In this document: positions 25,912 to 32,000 of the stretch, piece by piece | Numbering within the stretch: position 1 is the stretch's first letter | Layout of the letters: each line of letters begins with the position of its first letter | DNA from: Propionibacterium freudenreichii subsp. freudenreichii | Lineage (GTDB): Bacteria; Actinomycetota; Actinomycetes; Propionibacteriales; Propionibacteriaceae | Length of the DNA: 32,000 bases | Assembly (NCBI RefSeq): GCF_000940845.1 | Contig: NZ_CP010341.1 | Span: 2,430,001 to 2,462,000, forward strand | Reading direction: 5' to 3' | The notes under the pieces: generated by a model | Databases searched by the model: none | Told to the model about the DNA's origin: nothing | Seen by the model: only the letters and a program-made list of their open reading frames with translations | Position numbers and translations under genes: made by a program

Positions 25912-26808
25912 ATGACTCTCTTCCTGGTGGGTGGCGGCCCGTCTCAGGCGACGGGGCCGATTTATGACAGCTTCGTCGAGCAGGCCCGTGGCCGCGGACC
26001 CCGCATTGCGCTGGCAATCCTGGGCGCGCCCGAGCAGGCCGGCGCATCAGTGGGGATGTACGCCGACCCGATCAGGCAGCGCTGGCCCGAGGCACAGATC
26101 GAACCGATCTGGCTGATCGACGAGGACGAGGGCACCGTCGAGTGGCCCACCGATCCCGAGCAGCTCGGCGGCCTGGTGGTTGCCGGCGGCTGGGCACCGG
26201 GTTACCTGGACGCGCTGACGCCGCTTCGCGACGAGATCGTGCGCATCGTGCGTGGCGGCGTGCCCTATATGGGCTTCAGTGCCGGCGCCCAGATCGTGGC
26301 CAAGCACGCGATCGTGGGTGGCTGGCAGTCGCACGGACGCGCAGTGGGCCCCGAGATCGCCGGCGACGGCAGCACCGAGATCGTGGTGCGCGACGGGCTG
26401 GGCCTGATCGGCAGTGCCGTGGACGTGCACATCGACTCGCAACACCTGCTGGAACGCGCCATCTCCGCGCTGCTCGACCATGACATCTCCAGCGCCATCG
26501 CGATCGACGAGGACACCGCGCTGGTGGTCGACGTCGCCTCGGGACGCTCCGACGTGGTCGGATCGGGCGCGGTGCACTGGCTCAACAACGAGGGCCACGA
26601 GGTGCGCGTGCGTCGCACCCAGGGTCCGCAGGCGCAGCCGGTCGTTGAGGACGACACTGAATCCACATCGGACGCTGGGTCCACAGGCGACACTGCCTCC
26701 CCTGAAGACACTGCGTCCTCTGATAGCGCTGCGTCCACCGGCGCGGACGTGTCCGCCGACACGGCAAGCCCCGGAACAGAATCCGAACCGCCGACGAACG
26801 AGAAATGA
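25912..26808 (+). CDS. Peptidase S51 / class-I glutamine amidotransferase-like protein with an acidic Ser/Thr-rich tail
   Basis: LFLVGGG N-terminus, GFSAGA nucleophile elbow, and C-terminal low-complexity ESTSDAGSTGDTASPEDTASSDSAASTGADVSADTASPGTESEPP. Confidence 0.7.
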   Translation: MTLFLVGGGPSQATGPIYDSFVEQARGRGPRIALAILGAPEQAGASVGMYADPIRQRWPEAQIEPIWLIDEDEGTVEWPTDPEQLGGLVVAGGWAPGYLDALTPLRDEIVRIVRGGVPYMGFSAGAQIVAKHAIVGGWQSHGRAVGPEIAGDGSTEIVVRDGLGLIGSAVDVHIDSQHLLERAISALLDHDISSAIAIDEDTALVVDVASGRSDVVGSGAVHWLNNEGHEVRVRRTQGPQAQPVVEDDTESTSDAGSTGDTASPEDTASSDSAASTGADVSADTASPGTESEPPTNEK

Positions 26809-26814
26809 GACAGC

Positions 26815-27507
26815 ATGGCGATGCAGATCCTGGTTGTTGACGATGATCAGGCGGTGCGCGATTCGCTGGCGCGTTCACTGCACTACAGCGGCTACGAGGT
26901 GGAGACCGCCGAGGACGGGCTCGAGGCGCTCGCGAAGCTGTCGAACCTGCACCCCGACGCCGTGGCGATGGACGTGATGATGCCGCGCCTGGATGGCTTG
27001 GAGACCACCAAGATGCTGCGCGCCAACGGCAATGACGTGCCCATCCTGGTGTTGACGGCCCGCGACGCGGTGGGAGATCGCGTCGATGGCCTGGACGCCG
27101 GGGCCGACGACTACATGGTCAAGCCGTTCAGCCTCGAGGAGCTGCTCGCCCGGCTGCGGGCGCTCACCCGCCGCTCGCGTCCCGAGTCGCAGCAGGCCAA
27201 TGAGGTGCTCAGCTTCGCCGACATGACGCTCGACCCGCAGACCCGCGAGGTCACCCGGGGCGGACGCCGGATCAGCCTGACGCGCACCGAGTTCGCGCTG
27301 CTGCAGACCTTCATGGAGCATCCCGGCAAGGTGCTCGACCGCAGCTGGCTGCTCAATGAGGTGTGGGGCTTCGATTTCCCGGCCACCGCCAATTCGCTGG
27401 AGGTCTACATCGGCTACCTGCGTCGCAAGACCGAGCAGGAGGGTGAGCCCAGGTTGATCCACACCGTGCGCGGTGTGGGCTATGTATTGCGTGAAACTGC
27501 ACCGTGA
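26815..27507 (+). CDS. OmpR/PhoB-family response regulator
   Basis: ILVVDDD receiver domain. Winged-helix C-terminus [12 protein letters not shown]. Confidence 0.95.
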   Translation: MAMQILVVDDDQAVRDSLARSLHYSGYEVETAEDGLEALAKLSNLHPDAVAMDVMMPRLDGLETTKMLRANGNDVPILVLTARDAVGDRVDGLDAGADDYMVKPFSLEELLARLRALTRRSRPESQQANEVLSFADMTLDPQTREVTRGGRRISLTRTEFALLQTFMEHPGKVLDRSWLLNEVWGFDFPATANSLEVYIGYLRRKTEQEGEPRLIHTVRGVGYVLRETAP

Positions 27508-28931
27508 TCCGGCCCCTGCGGCGGGCAGTGCTGGGCAGGAACGGCGAACCCCGCACCCTGCAACAGCGCTTTGCGGCCATGACCGCGGCGGTGGTGGCGT
27601 TGGCCGTGGCCGTTGTGGGCATGATCGCCTATGTGTCCACAAGCCGCTCGTTGTACGGCCAGGTCGACGATGAGCTGGTGAGCCTCGCGGGCTACATGGT
27701 CACCCCCATCGCGTCGGACGTCACCGGCATGGGCGGGCTGAACAGCTCGTCGTTGCAGGCCGCGAATGTGAACATCGTGCTGGTGAAGTCCGACCGTTCC
27801 ATCGTGCGCGTGCAGGGCGAGAAGGTGAGCATCCAGCCCGACGCCCCCGAGGTGGCGGTGGCGCGTATGAAGTTCGGCAAGTCGACGCGCACCGTGTCCC
27901 TGGGCCCCGACGGTCAGCGCTATCGGCTCGTCGCCGTGCCGATGGAGGCCAAGGACAACAGTTCCTATGCGCTGGTGTTGGCGCGTCCCCTCGAACCGCT
28001 GGTCGACACCCTCGACCAGTTGCGCGCCATCCTGTTGTGGCTGGGCATCGGCTTCACGATCATCGCCGCGGCGGTGGGCTACACGATCGGACGCCGGGTG
28101 ATGCAGCCGCTGCGCCAGCTGTCGGACGCGGTGGCGCACGTGACCGAGACCGACGAACTGGTGCCGATCGGCTCGACGCGTGCCGACGAACTGGGCGACC
28201 TGTCACGGGCCTTCGACACGATGATGCATTCGCTGGCGTCCAGCCGGAACCGCCAGAAATACCTGATTGCCGACGCCAGCCATGAGCTGCGTACACCCCT
28301 GACGTCGATGCGCACGAACGTCGAGCTGCTGGTGGCCGACGAGAAGAGCGGCATGCTGCCCGAGGGTGCACGTGCCGAGATCCTGGGCGACGTGGCCGCC
28401 CAGCTGGGTGAGTTCACCTCGCTGGTGGGCGACCTGGTGCAGCTGAGCCGCGACGACGTGGTGCTGCCCAGCCCCGAGCCGCTGGACTTCGCCGAGGTGG
28501 TGGAGTCGGCGATCACCCGCGCCAAGCGACGCGGCAGCAGCCTCAACTTCGATGTCTCGCTGGAGCCGTTCTACGTGGTGGGCGAGCCCGACACCCTGGA
28601 ACGCGCCGTGACGAACCTGCTCGACAATGCGGTGAAGTTCTCGCCGCGCGGCGGCACGGTGCATGTGCACCTGGCCGGCGACACGCTCACCGTGTCCGAC
28701 GAGGGTCCCGGTATCGCCCAGGACGACCTGCCGCACATCTTCGACCGCTTCTACCGCTCGAACAAGGCCCGCAACACCCCCGGCACCGGGCTGGGCCTGT
28801 CCATCGTGGCGCACACGGTGAAGGCGCACGGCGGCTGGGTGCACGCCGACAATGCCCCCGGCGGCGGCGCCATGTTCACCGTGCGGCTTCCGGCGGCACC
28901 GCCGGAGGTCGTGGCCCAGATGGACCATTGA
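27504..28931 (+). CDS. Sensor histidine kinase (two TM, HAMP, HisKA, HATPase_c)
   Basis: GTGA overlap with the regulator gene. H-box [10 protein letters not shown]-box [15 protein letters not shown] and GTGLGLSIV. Confidence 0.95.
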   Translation: MIRPLRRAVLGRNGEPRTLQQRFAAMTAAVVALAVAVVGMIAYVSTSRSLYGQVDDELVSLAGYMVTPIASDVTGMGGLNSSSLQAANVNIVLVKSDRSIVRVQGEKVSIQPDAPEVAVARMKFGKSTRTVSLGPDGQRYRLVAVPMEAKDNSSYALVLARPLEPLVDTLDQLRAILLWLGIGFTIIAAAVGYTIGRRVMQPLRQLSDAVAHVTETDELVPIGSTRADELGDLSRAFDTMMHSLASSRNRQKYLIADASHELRTPLTSMRTNVELLVADEKSGMLPEGARAEILGDVAAQLGEFTSLVGDLVQLSRDDVVLPSPEPLDFAEVVESAITRAKRRGSSLNFDVSLEPFYVVGEPDTLERAVTNLLDNAVKFSPRGGTVHVHLAGDTLTVSDEGPGIAQDDLPHIFDRFYRSNKARNTPGTGLGLSIVAHTVKAHGGWVHADNAPGGGAMFTVRLPAAPPEVVAQMDH

Positions 28932-28959
28932 GTCCGGCTCGGCGGGCACGCCCGGGCGC

Positions 28960-30219
28960 TCAGCCGGTGGCCGCTGCCTGCGGCGCGGGCCGCGGGCGCA
29001 GCAGCGGCGACAGGGCCATGATGAGCACGGCGCTCAGGGGGATCACCAGTAGCGCCAGCCGCAGGCTCACGGCGTCGCCCAGCGCACCGATCACGATCGG
29101 GAACAGCACGAAGCCCACCCGCATCACCCAGGTGGTGATCGTCAGCCCGACGCCGGCGGGGACGCCCGGCAGGCCGTCGGCGGCGTTCATGGCGTTGGGA
29201 ATCATGGTGGCGATACCCCAGCCCGAGGCGCCGAAGCCGATGAGCGCGGTGACCGGCGTCGGCACGGCAAGGGCGAGCGCCATGCCCGCCAGACAGACCA
29301 CGGCACCCCAGATCACGGTCCTCACCAGGCCCAGCCGGTCAACGATCACGTCGCCGGTGAGGCGGCCCAGGGTTTCGAAGACCATCAGCGCCACGAAGCC
29401 GAGGCCGGCGACGAAGGGCGTGGCGGCGAACTGGTCGGTCATGTAGAGCGGCGACCAGGCGCTGCCACCCAGTTCGATGCCGCCGGCCAGCGCGCCGAGC
29501 AGGCCCAGGCCGACGAGCACGGCCAGGGTGCGCGGACGCAGCCAGGCGCGTCCGGTGGCAACCTCGGTGCCCGCGACCTGCTCGCGGTCCTCGCCGGGCA
29601 GCATCATGGCCCAGCTGGCCCCCACGCAGCACAGCAGCACGCCCACCGTCACATAGGTCTGGGTGGGCACGGCCATCGCGGCGCCGGCCGCGGCCGATCC
29701 GAGGAAGCCGCCGACCACCGCGCCGATGCACCACCAGCCGTGGAAGGAGTTGAAGATGGAGCGGCGGTAGAGGCGTTGCACCCGCAGGCCGTGGTAGTTC
29801 ATCGAGGTGTCGGTGACCGCGTCGAAGGCACTCATCGCGAACATGGCGACGAACACCCACTCGATGCTTCCGGCGAGCGCCAGGATCACCAGCGCACCGC
29901 TGGAGGCGATCTGGGCGAGCGCGGCGACATTGCGTGAGCGGTAGCGACGCATCAGTGGGGCGGCCAGCCAGCCGAGCGCGATGCCGCCGATGGGCCCGAT
30001 GCCCAGCGCCAGCCCCCACAGCGTGTTGCTGACATGCAGCCGCTCGATGATCTCGGGGTAGCGCGGCACCAGCGACGCGAAGGTGGCGCCGTTGACGAAG
30101 AAGATGAGCAGCACGCCGAGCCGGGCCAGGCGCAGCCGGGTGGGCACGCGCCCGGTCTTGTGGGCTGGCTTATCGGACGCCTTGCGCTCTGTCTCGGGGG
30201 ACTCCATGCCCGACGCCAT
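28960..30219 (-). CDS. MFS transporter
   Basis: 420 aa from the ATG at 30219 (TAATG overlap with the upstream gene). About 12 hydrophobic segments. The upstream extension in the ORF track is Arg/Pro-rich and non-coding in appearance. Confidence 0.85.
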   Translation of the reverse strand: MASGMESPETERKASDKPAHKTGRVPTRLRLARLGVLLIFFVNGATFASLVPRYPEIIERLHVSNTLWGLALGIGPIGGIALGWLAAPLMRRYRSRNVAALAQIASSGALVILALAGSIEWVFVAMFAMSAFDAVTDTSMNYHGLRVQRLYRRSIFNSFHGWWCIGAVVGGFLGSAAAGAAMAVPTQTYVTVGVLLCCVGASWAMMLPGEDREQVAGTEVATGRAWLRPRTLAVLVGLGLLGALAGGIELGGSAWSPLYMTDQFAATPFVAGLGFVALMVFETLGRLTGDVIVDRLGLVRTVIWGAVVCLAGMALALAVPTPVTALIGFGASGWGIATMIPNAMNAADGLPGVPAGVGLTITTWVMRVGFVLFPIVIGALGDAVSLRLALLVIPLSAVLIMALSPLLRPRPAPQAAATG

Positions 30220-31289
30220 TACCGCCGCCAGCTGCGGCGCCGGTTGACCCCGACGCCGGGAACGTGGCTGGGCAGGGTGCGGCGGGCACCGCGTCGGGCG
30301 GCATGGGCCACCAGCGGGGTGACGAGCAGTTCCACCCGGTAGCGGTGGCCGGCATAGGGCGCGAGCGCCTCGTCGGCGAAGGCGTCGTCGCCCTTCTGCC
30401 CGGTGAGTGCCAGTGAGATCAGTGCGGGCGCGTGGTAGTCGCCGATGCTCCAGGCGTCGGGGTCGCCGTAGGCCCATTGCAGCACCTTGGCGGCGGTCCA
30501 GGGGCCGATGCCGGGCTGCGTCTGCAGCAGGCGGGAGCGCTCCGCACCGTCAGTGGCGCGCCCCAGGGCTCTCTCCAGGCTGGGGACGCGTCGCATCGCG
30601 CGCACCAGGGCGGCGGCTCGGCGTCCGTCGACGCCAGCGCGGGTGAACTCGAAGCTGGGAATGTGGGCCCACTGCTCGGCGGTGGGCGGCACCACCATGC
30701 CGTGGGCGGGGCCGTCGGGCGTGGCGGCGGGACCCGGGGCGGGAGTGGCGTACTTGGCGAGCAGTGAGCGCAGGCCCCCGAAGGCCTCGGGGCCGGTGAC
30801 CTTCTGCTCGATCACGGCGGGGGCGAGGGCCTCGGTGAGGTTGTCGGTGGCGCCGATCCGCCACTGCGGGTGGTCGTGGTGGGCGCGGCGCAGGAGGTCG
30901 CAGTCGGCCGCCAGCGCGGCGAAGCCGCTCGGATCGTCCTGCTCACCGAGCAGCCGTGGCACCTGGTCGAGTGCCCAGTCGGCGCCCTCTCCCCAGGCGC
31001 GCGTGACGACGTCGGCGTGGTGGTCGAACAATTCCAGCAGCGCGGGGCCATCGGGCGTGCGGGTTGCGCGCCACCAGTGCTGCGCGCCGACGCGTCGGTG
31101 CGTCGGATCGGCCGGGCCCTTGGCCAGGCGACCCAGCGCCATGTCGAGGCGTCCGGCGGCACCCAGCACGGTGCGCTGTGCCGGTGACCCGGCGGCACCC
31201 GAGCGGGTTCCCGCAACGGGCTGTCCCTCGGCGTCCGGCGCGGGAGGGGACGTCGCCGATCGGCTGGTCGCACGGGGGGAAGAAGTCAC
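30219..31289 (-). CDS. HhH-GPD superfamily DNA glycosylase (AlkA-like / 3-methyladenine glycosylase 2 family)
   Basis: DPTHRR...WWRATRTPDGPA N-terminal region and LQTQPGIGPWTAAKVL helix-hairpin-helix. The start is uncertain: GTG 31289 chosen; 31385 and 31142 are also possible. Confidence 0.75.
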   Translation of the reverse strand: MTSSPRATSRSATSPPAPDAEGQPVAGTRSGAAGSPAQRTVLGAAGRLDMALGRLAKGPADPTHRRVGAQHWWRATRTPDGPALLELFDHHADVVTRAWGEGADWALDQVPRLLGEQDDPSGFAALAADCDLLRRAHHDHPQWRIGATDNLTEALAPAVIEQKVTGPEAFGGLRSLLAKYATPAPGPAATPDGPAHGMVVPPTAEQWAHIPSFEFTRAGVDGRRAAALVRAMRRVPSLERALGRATDGAERSRLLQTQPGIGPWTAAKVLQWAYGDPDAWSIGDYHAPALISLALTGQKGDDAFADEALAPYAGHRYRVELLVTPLVAHAARRGARRTLPSHVPGVGVNRRRSWRR

Positions 31290-31410
31290 GGCGACCAGCG
31301 TAGGCCGCCGGTGCCATGGGTCCGGAATCGCCGGTCCCGGGACGGTTGGATGTCCTGGGGACGCCGTGCCAGCGCCGGGATCCACGCTCCGTGCCAGGGC
31401 CGCGCTCCTC

Positions 31411-31780
31411 CACCCGCAACCGGTTTCAAAACCCCGCCCGCACCCGAAACCCCACTAGCTGGACACCTGTGCGGCGTCATTCCCGCACAACTGCCCACTT
31501 CACGACCAGGACGCCGCCCAACGGACGCTGCGGCCACACTCCCCCACCCGCGCCGGCATCCACACACCCGCAACCGGCTTCAACACCCACCCGCACCCGA
31601 AACCCCACTAGCTGGACACCTGTGCGGCGTCATTCCCGCACAACTGCCCACTTCACGACCAGGACGCCGCCCAACGGACGCTGCGGTCACACAACCAGCC
31701 CGGGCCACACTCCCCCACCAGCACCCGAAACCCCACTAGCTGGACACCTGTGCGGCGTCATTCCCGCACAACTGCCCACT
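31411..31780. repeat. Tandem repeat, three copies (periods 153 and 128 bp) with a conserved 60-bp core
   Basis: The core gcacccgaaaccccactagctggacacctgtgcggcgtcattcccgcacaactgcccact occurs at 31440, 31593 and 31721. Copies 1 and 2 share a further ~34 bp downstream and ~29 bp upstream. The core contains the hairpin tgtgcgg-N8-ccgcaca. Confidence 0.9.
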
Positions 31781-31830
31781 CAGGGGCCGGATCGTGTCCG
31801 CGCCAACTCGTCCACACGGGCACCACCGGA

Positions 31831-31880
31831 AGATAGGGGCGGATAAAGCACCGACTACGGTGCTTTATCCGCCCCTATCT
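31831..31880. terminator. Perfect 23-bp stem / 4-nt loop hairpin, probable terminator of the minus-strand gene ending at 31932
   Basis: agataggggcggataaagcaccg acta cggtgctttatccgcccctatct. Confidence 0.55.
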
Positions 31881-31931
31881 CCTCTAACCCGCACGACCCT
31901 CTGTCCCACATGACGCAGCGGGCGCCGGCAC

Positions 31932-32000
31932 CTAGACCGTGATCACCCGCTCCACCTGATCGTGCAGCGTCGCCAGGTGCGCGGGGTCGAGCGACTTCTC
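31932..32000 (-). CDS. 3' end of an unidentified gene (continues beyond the window)
   Basis: The minus frame reads ...EKSLDPAHLATLHDQVERVITV-stop (TAG at 31932-31934), followed by the strong hairpin. Confidence 0.4.
   Translation of the reverse strand, partial: EKSLDPAHLATLHDQVERVITV

Noticed and set aside
28928-29446. 172-aa plus-strand ORF after the histidine kinase gene
   Set aside because: It is antisense to the MFS transporter gene, and its Ala/Arg/Pro/Thr-rich product has no motifs.
31411-31780. Possible CRISPR array
   Set aside because: There are only three units. The conserved unit is 60-120 bp rather than 24-48 bp, the 'spacers' are themselves partly repeated, the periods are unequal (153 and 128 bp), and there are no cas genes.
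31311-31846. ORFs 31311-31739 and 31316-31846, which encode internally repeated peptides
   Set aside because: They are a translation artefact of the tandem DNA repeat. They are Pro/Thr/Arg-rich, have no start-site context, and both overlapping frames look equally coding.

Overview
High-GC actinobacterial chromosomal DNA; the gene content suggests Propionibacteriaceae, but that is inference only. All calls come from reading the sequence and the ORF track by eye, with no database search. The window is a conserved backbone broken up by at least nine insertion-sequence copies or fragments.

Backbone genes:
- aat-like transferase
- quinol-type nitric oxide reductase, followed by a coupled Cys-rich membrane protein
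- SPFH/stomatin protein
- DUF3618-like protein and a YihY/BrkB membrane protein
- Mug glycosylase and ornithine carbamoyltransferase
- holin-4-like membrane protein and a LMW protein tyrosine phosphatase
- S51 peptidase
- OmpR-type response regulator with its histidine kinase
- MFS transporter and an AlkA-like glycosylase

Insertion sequences:
- three ISL3 types: A complete, B as one partial and one nearly complete copy, C complete, plus an 84-bp remnant
- two different IS3 elements, one of them carrying a nested IS30
- one IS481-family element

Bases 1-7750 are a nest of mobile elements holding fragments of a recombinase-type HTH protein, a DprA-like gene and a tyrosine recombinase.

Three regions deserve a closer look:
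1. A low-GC 1.5-kb cargo (3381-4900) sits between two direct ISL3-B copies. It carries an intact gene whose motifs I recognise from memory as the PvuRts1I/AbaSI type of modification-dependent endonuclease, plus a divergent partner gene cut off by the IS.
2. A 376-codon ORF with an RNxxxH (HEPN/Abi-like) motif is split by IS3 (which itself contains IS30). It can be rebuilt exactly in frame because both IS keep their target duplications. It lies in a replacement island between a truncated FGGY kinase gene and a truncated holin-like gene.
3. An unannotated three-copy tandem repeat (31411-31780) with a conserved 60-bp core lies upstream of the AlkA-like/MFS operon.

I see no CRISPR array, rRNA or tRNA. 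No complete, clearly novel multi-gene system is visible; the candidates above are single genes or decapitated pairs.
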